Shown in pieces: positions 48,781 to 59,927 of a stretch of 64,000 nt of DNA. Position numbers and translations under genes: made by a program. The number at the start of each line of letters is the position of its first letter. Position 1 is the stretch's first letter. Source of the stretch: Podarcis filfolensis. Its lineage: Eukaryota. Under the pieces are notes generated by a model, which did no database searches, was not told the DNA's origin, and saw only the letters and a list, made by a program, of their open reading frames with translations. The DNA lies in the NCBI GenBank assembly GCA_964270895.1, contig OZ185439.1; one strand, 5' to 3'.

Positions 48781-50215
48781 GGGGGTGTTGTTCAGCACCC
48801 ACCTTTCTCCCCCACACAGTTCTAAGGCATGACAGGCTCTGTCTTACAATGTTGGATCAATGTGTTCTGGAATGCAAATCACTCCACAAACTGGGAACGT
48901 CACCAATATATTACAGCACTATTACATTAGAGGATGTGTAATAATGCTATATTTATTTTTAGAAATCATTGACTGGTTTGCCATGTATTCTGGCTGCTCT
49001 TGACTCCTGTTAGCTTAATTAACGTGCACTGCCTTAAACAAGCCAAGTAAATTTTATGTGCCATGCATTATTTAATCTTGATGAGCTTTCTTCAAAAGAA
49101 ATAAAATTTGACTACACTCCAAGTACTTTCAGTGCTGGATATTTTACAAAGCAGCAACAGGGTCGCCACATTCAGTATGAAAGGAAAATGGCGCTGAAGG
49201 AAGTCCAAATGGGACTACCTCCTCTTCAAACTGGGGGCTAGTCCATGCCTACATGCTTGCCACTTGAGGATGGCAATATTAAGCGATGGCTTCCATGTCT
49301 GAACTGAATTGCACATCTCAGATAAAATACCCCAAAGCACAATCAACTCCATATATACGAGATTTCACTACAATCTAATGAGTTATAGGGGTGTGCAAAT
49401 GATTGCACACTCTTGTACCAACGAAATTGGTGAGTTTAAGGGCAGCTAAACTAAATATATGCAATTGTTGAACAACAGTTCCTCAGAGGTGAGTACTGCC
49501 CGGAACACCAACCCATATATTTTTTAAGAGTTATTCAATACTTACACTTTCAAAATATTAAGTTGCAAAATACTCAACAAGGTTTGGGACTAACACCGAT
49601 CTATCCAAGCTTCTGGGGACTCATTATCTAATGGAAAGGTGGCTAGTTTATAGGTTGTATTATCTGTGACAGCCTTCCCCAAACTAGTACCCTTCAAATG
49701 GCTCCTGGAAAATGCAGCTTGCTAAGGGTGCTGAGATATCCTAAGCCTCCCTCAGAAATGCACTTTCTAAACACAACTTGTTCTCAAGTTGCTGTATATG
49801 GTGGTGTTCTCCCTCCCTATTTTATATTTAAAATAGCCCTACAAGATGGGTTAGGCTGAGAGTTGGTAACTGATCTATGCTAATTCAGTGCTCTTTAAGG
49901 AGTCATGATGATAGAGGAGGTTTTGAACTCAGGTCTTCCTGGTTTAAGTCCAAAACTCTGTTCACTACAACACACTACAGTTCCACAGGTTTTGCATACG
50001 AGAAGAATTTTTTATTAAACCAAAGCAGATGTGCCCAGAGAGATAACAAGTTTGTGTAATTTTCCATGTCATATTGGCATGATCCTACAACATACAAAAG
50101 TCAATGAATAGGTATGAATAAACGCCATTATTTTACCCACTGCCCATTAGTTCACTCATATGGTTGAAATGAAGGATGAGCTATTATTAACTCTATTTTT
50201 TTCTATTTTTCACAG

Positions 50216-50278
50216 AACGTCCCTCCAACAGAACAGCACAGAGATGATACCATTCAATTGTGTTCAGAATTAATGTAG
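50216..50278 (+). CDS. Candidate terminal exon, unidentified
   Basis: Strong acceptor CTATTTTTTTCTATTTTTCACAG, then NVPPTEQHRDDTIQLCSELM*. Confidence 0.15.
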   Translation, partial: NVPPTEQHRDDTIQLCSELM

Positions 50279-50902
50279 CCTGAAAGCACTGCCTCACAGA
50301 GAAGACTGCATGAAATTGAACAGAAGGATTGCTTCATGTTTTATCTTCTTATGCAGCATGTTATGCCTTGTGTTTCCTTCCATACAGTAGTTTATGTGGG
50401 GCAAGGAGAGAAAAAGGTTTTTTAAAAAATAAAAATGGCTGCCTGATGCATGCATTTCAAATAGGTAATTGCAGTCATGTGGTTCTCAAAGAAATGTGAT
50501 TAAAAAGAAGTTTTGACTGGTGTAATACAGTGTCTAAGAGTTTGAGCTATAAGCAGGAATTCCCAGGTTCCAATCTTACTTCATCCATGAACAAGCTAGG
50601 CAAACTACAGTCAACCTCACAGCCCTGCCTAATATGATAACATCACTAATACTATAGGGAGTATTAAGAGATAAGGAACTGCTGGCCCAGAGACCTAAAC
50701 TTCTAGGCTTCTCTGGTGACCTCCAGCAGCCCTCAGATCCAAAGGTACCACTTTCTGCTTTGTCAGACAAGAAACAAGTCAAGAGTACTTCAACACTCTA
50801 ATCCAAAAGTAAAGAGTAACAAAATTTTTGGTAGAACCTTAGATGCTCCCTCCCAGTTAGAGGGACCTTCCCCCCTCTTATTTTTGTATGCAGGCAGATA
50901 CA

Positions 50903-51268
50903 CATACCCTTCAACATTTCTTCAATGAAAATAGGGACATCCTATTTCATCATCATCATAATTTTATTATTTATACCCCACTCATGTGACTGGCTTGGCT
51001 TCCAACATATATAGAAACATAATAAATCATTAAACATTTTTAAAAAACCCTTCCGTATACAAGACTACCATCAAATGTCTTCTAAAGATTGTATTGTTAG
51101 TTATCTCCTTGGCTCGGGGTCACATAACTTCATGCCCTCCAACATTTCTCCGATGAAAATAGGGACATCCTTAGGAAAAGTGGGACATTCTGGGATCAAA
51201 TCAATAACCGGGATGGCTTCTGTAAATCTGGGACTGTCCCTGGAAAATAGGGACACTTGGAGGGTATG
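50903..51268 (-). mobile_element. Composite TIR element carrying an L2 3' end, copy 2
   Basis: Perfect 6-bp TSD GATACA (50897-902, 51269-74). Inner repeat of the terminus at 51131-51164. Confidence 0.88.
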
Positions 51269-54200
51269 GATACATGGGGCAGTCACATCATCACATTCCA
51301 CATAGGCCCACTAACTGAGAAAGAAAGATATTTACCCAGCAACAGTATATGGCAGTTTGAGTGCATCTTGATGGAAGATGCATTGATCCTAAGCAACAAA
51401 TAAGCAATGATGCACATGTTTGTGAAGTTGTGAGTATCCTTTACCTCATGTCCTTGGCACCAGAAAAAGAACGCTTTTAAAAGAGTCTCATATACCATTT
51501 GAGAGATTGATATAGTTTGTTCTTGGCTATAAACTAGCAATGAACATGGAAAGGATTTTCAGAGCTAAATCTGTCATTAGCATAAAAAGTGAGCACTCAA
51601 ATGGTCTCCTGAGTGCCAACTTGCATACAAAGTTATATAGAAAAGTTTGCTGGCATGGCTCCCTCCGGAGTTAAAATGAAGATGGGCTGAATTTACATGA
51701 TTCCTGTTTCTAATGTACAGCATTAAAAACTGTGACTGGATGGCTGGTGTACCTGATCAGTTTGTTGTCCAGGTACTAACTGTTGATAGGCAACTTCACC
51801 TTTGCAAAGCAGGGCATATGGCCACTCTACTCACCAGCCCATGAACAGTATGAACTTTGGCCCTCATTCCTCTTGTTGAAAATGGAAAAGAAATCAAGAT
51901 TCACAACTTTATGAGGACCATGCAGCTATTCAAAATGAATATACATTACAACGTTGCTGAAGCCAAACGGATGCATTAGCAGCACTGAAGTGATCTCCTC
52001 AGGATGCAAACCTGGGCAGCATGTATGGAGGTCCTGGGCTGCCCAGACAACAAGACCCCTCTCTGCTTTCTCTAATGTGGTCCAAAGGAAAGCAGAGCAA
52101 TACATTTGGCACCAGCTTGGCTGCAAGTGTTGCCAGAAGGAGGCATACAAGGCGCCATCCAACCACCTTAGGCATTCCACTCCAGATTTGTGTAGGGTTT
52201 ACTTCTTAGCCTTTTCTTCCCCTGAAGATATCCCGCAAGGCAGCAGAGGTTCAGGACCAGAATTTTCCTTCTTTTAGATGGGCTACCTTTCTAGATTGAC
52301 AAGCCCCATCTGTAGGAAGACACATGTAAGAGAAGAGTTGTGCTTCTTGCCACCAGCGATGTCACAGGCAAATATTCTTTTGCAGCAGTTTAATGACAGC
52401 ACATGCATTCACCCTTATTTTTCCAATATAGGCATCACCATATGAAGTATTCTTTATTCCCCCACCCTCCCACCACCCAGATTGAATATATATTGCAGCA
52501 TAGGATCATTTTGTGCAACTCTGCCAAAAGCTAAATTAACAGCTCCAAGCAGCACTTTCTATTAAACAGCCATTTATTTTCACCGCATCACAGAGCATGC
52601 AGATTTTGCTCTGCTCTTAAGGGAAAGGACCCTGCTTTACAAACGCCTTTAGAAAAGGTCACAGGAAAGACTGTGGTGTGTTTTACGTAGGGTATAGGAA
52701 GCTGTCCTTCAGAATACATAAAGCGCCTCTGCAAAAGTAAACAGACACGCACGTAATGGGAAAAGGGGATTAATAACGGAGTGGAGAGAACACAGTGAAC
52801 TTGGATGATCTGATTCTTCACAGCTTATGAAGAAATCTTTAATACCCTGCTGCAAATCTTGCCACAAATGACCGGAACCTGTGGGCTTAAGTGCAGGGAT
52901 TTGTCTGCTTTGAGTTTGCTTACTGAGATTACATGATAAAAGATGATAGCAAAGGGCCCAGAGAAACTGCTCCCTATAAATACATCCTTAAATATGTACA
53001 CAAGTTGTTGGTTTTTTGTCTTTGTTTTTTAAGAATATTCTTGCATTAAAAAAATAATAACACCTACACTCCACACCAGAGATGTTATCTTACATTCACC
53101 CAGTCATGAATAAGAATCACCTTTTATTCCTTTTGACGACTTGTATGTTTATTAACTGTTGATCCTGTGGTGCCTCTGTTATGTTTACATGTTTTATTAC
53201 AAATTAATTAAAAAAGTATTTTAAAAAGATGATAAAGCCCATAAAACTGCAACTCATACCGTTATAGCAGACATACAAGTTCCAAAAAGTTACACATCAT
53301 ACATATTCAGTAAGTAAAATTTCCCATAACCACATGGATAGTAAATATTGTATTTTAGGACAGCATCAAAACAGCCTTAAATGCATTTGTACCCATTCTT
53401 TAAAAGTTAGCTCATATAGGAGGCAAATGAGACCAAAGGCTTTCAAAAGGCTTTAAAAAAAATTATTTGCCAGCAGAACGAAGCATTAAGGCCAAGCATG
53501 AAACCATTTGTTCACAGTTGCCGTTTGAAAGCCATGAAAATAGCAAGGTGTACTCCAAATCAAAATGTTCAGCACGGACTGCATTTTGTTCCTGTAACAA
53601 AACACAACTTAGATATTTTCACATGACCATCTGTGCCTGCTGGTCTATGTCAATACTTCTGGGATTTCCTTCATCACCATCAGTTGCACAGGAGCCAACT
53701 CCTAGGGGCCAAGGTCCATTCAGGCTCCCCAATAAAATATTTGAGGGGACTGCCCCCCAAGTTGATGGGCATTGCCACTCAAATGGTGTGGGTGCACCCT
53801 GTCATGTGACTGATTATGCGAGGAGGGGCTTACCTGCCCCCCCCAATATTTTATTCAACTTGACACCCCCTGATCAGTTGTATTAGTAAACCCCAAGAAT
53901 TTAGTAAATCCTCAGGAAGGTGCCATTGGGGGTGGGAATCCATACTGAACAGGGTCTCCCCAGTGCGGCAAGCATACTGATGGATGCATCCAACATTATG
54001 CTTGGGTTTAAAATACACACTTCTGCCTCTGCTTTGGCACAAAGTTTGAAAATCACTAAACAGTTGCATCTGTCTTCTTTCATACCACAGGAAAATTTAC
54101 TAAGGAGGGGGGAGAGAGGTAGAGTAGAACAATAATTTTACAGGTGTGAATAGGAAAATGTGTGATTGGGGAACAGTGAGAGTTTCACTGGGTGGGTGAC

Positions 54201-54471
54201 AGTTTGGGGTTGCCCCTCCTTTCTTAATTGCTTGCCCTGCATTTCCGGTCCTTTCTCTTGATCTAAAACAGCTCCAGCACCAGCTTTCAATTAATTCAAT
54301 ACTTCCTGGAAGGCTGGAACTACACCTCCTCAATCCTCACACTTCAATTAGCTCTTTAATTAGAGGAGATACAGCTATGTCATTATTACTATTATCATTA
54401 TTAATTGCATGTATTTGCTTGGAGCTGCTTAGTGCTTCCCATTGGAATACATGCATAGTCCAGAGGTTTTC

Positions 54472-54897
54472 TTTTTTTAAAAAAAGCAATATTTATTAAA
54501 GTTTTAAAGGTTACAGAAAGAGAAAGTAAAAAACACCATATTAAACAAAAACAAAACAACACATCACAATAAGGAAAAAAGAAAAGAAAAGAAAGGAAAA
54601 AGAAAAAAACAGAAAAATAAAATCCATTAAAAAAAACACAGCGAATCTTCCCATAACTTATCTTTCATTAGCTTATTTCCTTGACCTCCTCACACCTCCC
54701 TTTTTTGTATTCTAGTTCGATTATCTATTTCAGCAAATCCTTTCCATCTTTTCAAATTTTTGTCCCGTAATTTATCTCAATATAATGTAACTTTACTTTC
54801 CCTCCTTTCACCAATTAACAGTCAGTTTTTTCCTAATCCTTTATAACATTTCTGCTAAAACCACATAACTTCATTCCAACATCCTTCTAGCATTCAT
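54472..54897 (-). mobile_element. L1-like LINE 3' UTR fragment with polyA tail and 18-bp TSD
   Basis: TSD CATAGTCCAGAGGTTTTC (54454-71, 54898-915). Sense end AATAAATATTG...AAAAAAA. L1 assignment rests on the tail and target, not on an ORF. Confidence 0.75.
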
Positions 54898-54904
54898 CAT
54901 AGTC

Positions 54905-55493
54905 CAGAGGTTTTCAATCTTTTTGAGTCCACAACTCCCTTGACCAACTACATTCTTTCTGTGGCACCCCTGTGGGGCTCAGGAGCCCAGTTATGTCATC
55001 CCTTGCCTGCAAAGCTAGCAGCCTCTCACCCTTTTTCAAACACCCCCCTTGTGGGGTGTTCCCTCGGCCTCCTCTCCTCTCCCCTCTCCTTGGGAGTCCT
55101 GTGGGCAGCTGCTGCTGCCACCCCTGGTCTCTGAGCTGCCCCCGCTGCCCCAAAGAGAGGTGCCTCCTCACACTGCCCCACAGTAACCTGGGACTGTCCA
55201 TTCCCAACAGCAAGGGCTGGTGGACTAGCTGGATGGGCTCCCTCGCCCACTTGCTTGCTTACTCCAAGGATGCCTCAGCTCCTGGCAACCAGCACCCCCT
55301 GACCAGCTCCAGAGGCACCTTTCACCAGCGGCTGCTGCAACAAACAGCTGTGCAAGCCTTTGAGAGGCAGAGACAACAGAGGGCATCAGAGGGAGGGAAG
55401 GAGAAAGGGATGGAGACCAGTGTTGCCTGTAGCACCACTGACCATCCTTCAAGGCACCCCAGAGTGCCACAGCACAGTGGCTGAAAACCACTG
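54905..55493 (-). mobile_element. hAT non-autonomous element (paralog of 27592-28328)
   Basis: Ends CAGAGGTTTTCAA / CTGAAAACCACTG. Original TSD GCATAGTC at 54453-60 and 55494-501. Confidence 0.88.
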
Positions 55494-56482
55494 GCATAGT
55501 CCATAGGTCACATCCACATTGTGCTGGGAATTGTAGCTCTGTGGGGGGTAAACTACAGCGCCCAAGATTCTTTGAGGGGAAGCAATCTAACTGAGGCACA
55601 AGGAGAACTACAAGAACAGGCCCTCACCAACAAAGTACCCCCATTAAAGCAGTGGTCTCCAGAGTTTTGGCGGCTGAGTGCACATTCTGAAATCTGAGAA
55701 AATGCATTGCAAGCAGCACAAAATATCCATTTCACACAAGAAAAATGCAGGATGCTCAGAAGTACTCTCCCCCAGGCCCCACTCCCACCCCCGAACAAGG
55801 CAACCCCCTCCCAAACAAACAAAAAGCCAAACGCTCATATCTGCTATAACTGCAGGGAGGAGAGGTTTATCTGTTTCCCCCCCATCCTACACCAGACGGC
55901 AGATTGGGCCGTCTGCACAGTGGGAAGTTCCCCTCCACACACACAAAGGTCATATCTCTGTGTGGGTGGGTCTGGGTGATATCTGTGTTCTGAGGAAGGC
56001 TGTGGAGGAGAACTAAGCCTCCTTCTCCCTGATTCCTCATGCTTGTAATGAATAAGAAAAAAAATAGAGATACAGCTCATCAATCAGGCAGTATTCATTA
56101 GCTAAGCTGAGAAGCCTGAGGTGTAAAAGAGGTCTCCATGCTTTGCTTACTACCTCATCCCAAAGGAAAGAAAAGGGGGGGAGTCCTCTCTTCAGATGTT
56201 TTGTGGCAAGATCCTGAGTTTCTAAGCAGATCTCTCCTTAGTCTGCAACATGAAGTTTACCTCAGAGTGGTATGCGTGCAGGCCTGCATGTCTGCGAGAC
56301 TTTTGTTCCCACACATTTTTTATTTTATCTTTTTGCAGTTGCACCATAGTACAACTAATCATTAATAAAAAAATAAAAAAATAGGAAGCTCCCAGAAGCA
56401 GTTTTGAGATGTCTTGACATCTTGGCCAGGGAGAGGGTGAAGTGTTGCCAAAAGCATTAATCACCAAGGTTTATTGCTCTAT

Positions 56483-56491
56483 ACACACACG

Positions 56492-56545
<54 letters not shown>
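56483..56545. repeat. Compound (CA/CG)n-(GA)n microsatellite
   Basis: Visible directly. Confidence 0.95.
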
Positions 56546-56884
56546 CCCTGAGCTGCAGATCTCACACTATTAGCCCTGCCCCACAGGCCTGTCCCTAGGT
56601 GCAGAGCCCAAGGTGGGCAGCTAGTGGGCTCCCATGGCCCCTATCTACTTCCTTGACTGGCATAGTTGAGGTGTTTAAGTGTCCACAACACCACCAGGGA
56701 GGACAGAGCAGGGACACACATAGCACCCTCAAGACGTGGTGGAGTTGGAACCAGGTTTTAGGGGACCTTGGCCAATGTGCACTTTGAGGTCCCTACCACA
56801 CCACTCCCAGCCCCCATTTACCATCCTGGAAAGGAGGTGGGGAGAATGAGTCTCTTTCCGCCATCCCATTCCCACAACCATCTG

Positions 56885-57439
56885 AAAGAAAAAAAGGAAT
56901 GGTGGGGGGGACCGCCAAGGGAAGAAGACTCAGAGCCCAGCGAGTGGTGGTGAGATGATGATGAGTGGTCAGAAAAAGCAGAGGGAAAGGACTGGGGGTG
57001 TGGAGGTGTCGGAAGCTGAAGAGGCAACAGGGCTTAGTTAGCAGGCAGTGTCTGTAGCAGAGAGAAGTCCAGAATCAGACGCAGGAGAGGAGGGAGGCCA
57101 AGAGGCAGAGATGTCTGGCTGGTGAAGAGGCATGGGTGTCTCCCCCTCCTGCTGCAACAAACTCCGCTCCTCACAGGTCTCCCAGAACCAGGAGAGGCAT
57201 GAAGAGGGTGGAGGAGAAGTTAGCTTCATGCAGGCACAGTCTCAGTCTGCTTAGGAAAAACCCCGGAGAGGAGGGGACTTAGGCAGCTGTGGGGAGGCAA
57301 GGACCTTCAGTCTCATGGGGGCCAGACCTGTCGGAGATGAGTTGCTGTGCTCATTAGGCCTGTGCAGATCCTGTTTTTGCTAATAAAGAGGTAACCTCAA
57401 CTTGTGAAGTTGTGATTTACTGCCAGCTCATTCCTGTCA
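56885..57439 (+). mobile_element. LTR-like fragment
   Basis: Purine-rich body, AATAAA at 57382, terminal ...CCTGTCA. No 5' end or TSD resolved. Confidence 0.55.
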
Positions 57440-58716
57440 TCAACCAAGTGGGACAGGCAAATCAAGGAGGTCAAAGAGGCTGGCAGGAAGCACCATAACT
57501 GGAGATGGAGGTACGTTCTCTGTCAGGATTGCCCACCTAAGTCCTGTTGCCAGAATGGGAGAATGAGGAAGGAGACGTACCACCAAGGAATGTGTGGGTG
57601 TGGGTGGGTGGGTGTGTAGGGCCTTATCCATGAAACTCACCTTGGGCCACTCACAGTCTCTCAGTCTAACCTACCTCACAGGGTTGTTGTGAGGATAACA
57701 TTGAGAGGGGGAGAATTATGTACCCCACCTTGAACTCCCCAGCAAAACTCTCAGGGAAAGGAGGAGAGCACTTCTACATGGTTGCTCCCTCTTGCTTTGT
57801 GCTGAAGAAGGCCTGAAGTGACTGGGACATCCCTTTCCAGCCCCTTAACTACTGAGCCATCAGGGTTTGAGCTGTCCGCACTCCATTTTCTTCAAAATGT
57901 TGCTGTGTGTGGAAACACAGAAGCAGGGAAAGGGTGAAGACAACACTGCTCACATGGTTACGTCACATGCATTGTGTGGAGAGAACATAGCAAGAGGCAC
58001 ACACTTAAAAACTGCTGTGCCCCACCTGGCGCAAGTGTGGCTGGTCAATTACAATTCTGCTTATAGCAAAATATCATTGATTAGCAGCCCTGAGTCATCC
58101 ACTCTTTACATACAAAATACAACCCCCACACACTCGGTTCTTCAAGAATGAGTCATTGACAGCCCTATGTTTCCATTTGTATGTTCTTGACACTTGAATA
58201 ACCAAACAATGGGCCATTTTTGATGAGGAATATTTCAAAGCCAGTTACTAGGGTGCAACCAGCTTATGAACAGGTTTATTCCAAGCCTTGATTTCCCCAC
58301 TTTGGAGCTTGGAGGTGCTGGAAAATAAGCAAACATTTAAGCTGTGTGCTACTTGCCTGCAACTTCTTCCTGTATGGTTTGAGCTTCAGATTTTCCCACT
58401 AGCAGATAGCAATCAAGCTTTCTTTTGCCATTATGCCAGTAGTAGCACTGACGATGCCATTTTTGTTTGCTTTAAATGCTTCCGTTAAAATGAAGCATTT
58501 TCAAATTTGATCGAAAGCAAGCCAATCCAAAAATTGTATACACAGGCTGCACACACAATACCTTTAAAGCATATTGGAAACACATTTCCACACATATACA
58601 CCCCCAAGGAATTCTGGAAACTGGAGTTTCTTAAAGGTTGCTGAGAGTTGTATCTCTGTGAGAGGTAAACTACAGCACCCAGAATTATGTGAAGGAAAGA
58701 ATATGCTTAAAAGGTA

Positions 58717-59063
58717 AAGGTAAAGGGACCCCTGACCATTAGGTCCAGTTTTGGCCGACTCTGGGGTTGCAGCGCTCATCTCGCTTTATTAGCTGAGGGA
58801 GCCGGCGTACAGCTTCCGGGTCATGTGGCCAGCATGACTAAGCCGCTTCTGGCAAACCAGAGCAGCACATGGAAATGCCTTTTACCTTCCTGCCAGAGCG
58901 GTACCTATTTATCTACTTGCACTTTGACATGCTTTCAAACTGCTAGGTTGGCAGGAGCAGGGACCGAGCAACGGGAGCTCACCCCCTCGCGGGGATTCGA
59001 ACCGCCGACCTGATCGGCAAGTCCTAGGCTCTGTAGTTTAACCCACAGTACCACTCGTGTCCC
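58717..59063 (-). mobile_element. Sauria SINE with 15-bp TSD (young)
   Basis: TSD TATGCTTAAAAGGTA at 58702-16 and 59064-78. Confidence 0.93.
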
Positions 59064-59166
59064 TATGCTTAAAAGGTACACGTTACATTTTCAGAACAAT
59101 TCCCCACAAAAAACGCTTTGATTGCTCTAGCCATACACTAAACCTCAAAACCACATAACAAGAACA

Positions 59167-59323
59167 CAGTGGCGTAGCGTGGGGGGTGCAGGGGGGCCGG
59201 CCGCACCGGGCGCAACATCTGGGGTTAGGGCAAATCCACGGGTTAGGGGGCGCAAATCCACGGGTTAGGGGGCGCAAATGACTTGCCTTGCCCCGGGTGC
59301 TGACAACCCACGCTACGCCACTG
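59167..59323. mobile_element. Very young hAT-type MITE with TTAGGG-containing internal repeats
   Basis: Perfect 17-bp TIR CAGTGGCGTAGCGTGGG and perfect 8-bp TSD CAAGAACA (59159-66, 59324-31). Confidence 0.92.
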
Positions 59324-59340
59324 CAAGAACATGATAATGA

Positions 59341-59927
59341 AATACCCTCCAACATTTCTCCAATTAAAGTAGGAAGGTCCTGTTCCATAATTATAATTTA
59401 ATTATTTATACCCTGCCCATCTGACTGGGTTGCCCCAGCCATTCTGGGCAGCTTCCAACATACAGTGGTACCTCTGGTTATGTACTTAATTCATTCCGGA
59501 GGTCCGTTCTTAACCTGAAACTGTTCTTAACCTGAAGCACCACTTTAGCTAATGGGGCCTCCTGCTGCTGCTGTGCTGCCGCCGCGTGATTTCTGTTCTC
59601 ATCCTGAAGCAAAGTTCTTAACCCGAGGTACTATTTCCGGGTTAGCGGAGTCTGTAACCTGAAGCGTATGTAACCTGAAGCGTATGTAACCCGAGGTACC
59701 ACTGTATATAAAAACATAATAAAAGGTTAAACATTTAAAAACCTCCCTATACAGGACTGCCTTCAGATGACTCAGGGGTTGGATAACGCCATACCCTCCA
59801 ACATTTCTCCGTTGAAAATAGGGACATCCTAAGGAAAAGCGGGACATTCCAGGGTCAAATCAGAAACCAGAATGGCTTCTGTAAATCTGGGACTGTCCCT
59901 GCAAAATAGGGGCACTTGGAAGGTCTG
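59341..59927 (-). mobile_element. Composite TIR element carrying an L2 3' end, copy 3 (nested mariner MITE)
   Basis: Perfect 6-bp TSD TAATGA (59335-40, 59928-33). Inner terminus repeat at ~59790-59823. Confidence 0.88.
59463..59704 (+). mobile_element. Tc1/mariner MITE, CAGTGGTACCTC family (nested)
   Basis: TIRs present. Simple TA duplication relative to the uninterrupted copies. Confidence 0.92.

Noticed and set aside
52060-53575. Two minus-strand acceptor-like sites (~52320, ~53575) followed by short frames (GACQSRKVAHLKEGKFWS*, TKCSPC*)
   Set aside because: Could be terminal exons, but no gene could be recognised or linked, and they are indistinguishable from chance pseudo-exons.
54914-55599. 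170-aa and other ORFs in GC-rich DNA (also 27608-27948)
   Set aside because: They lie inside a non-autonomous hAT element, frames are not conserved between the two paralogs, and there are no transposase motifs.
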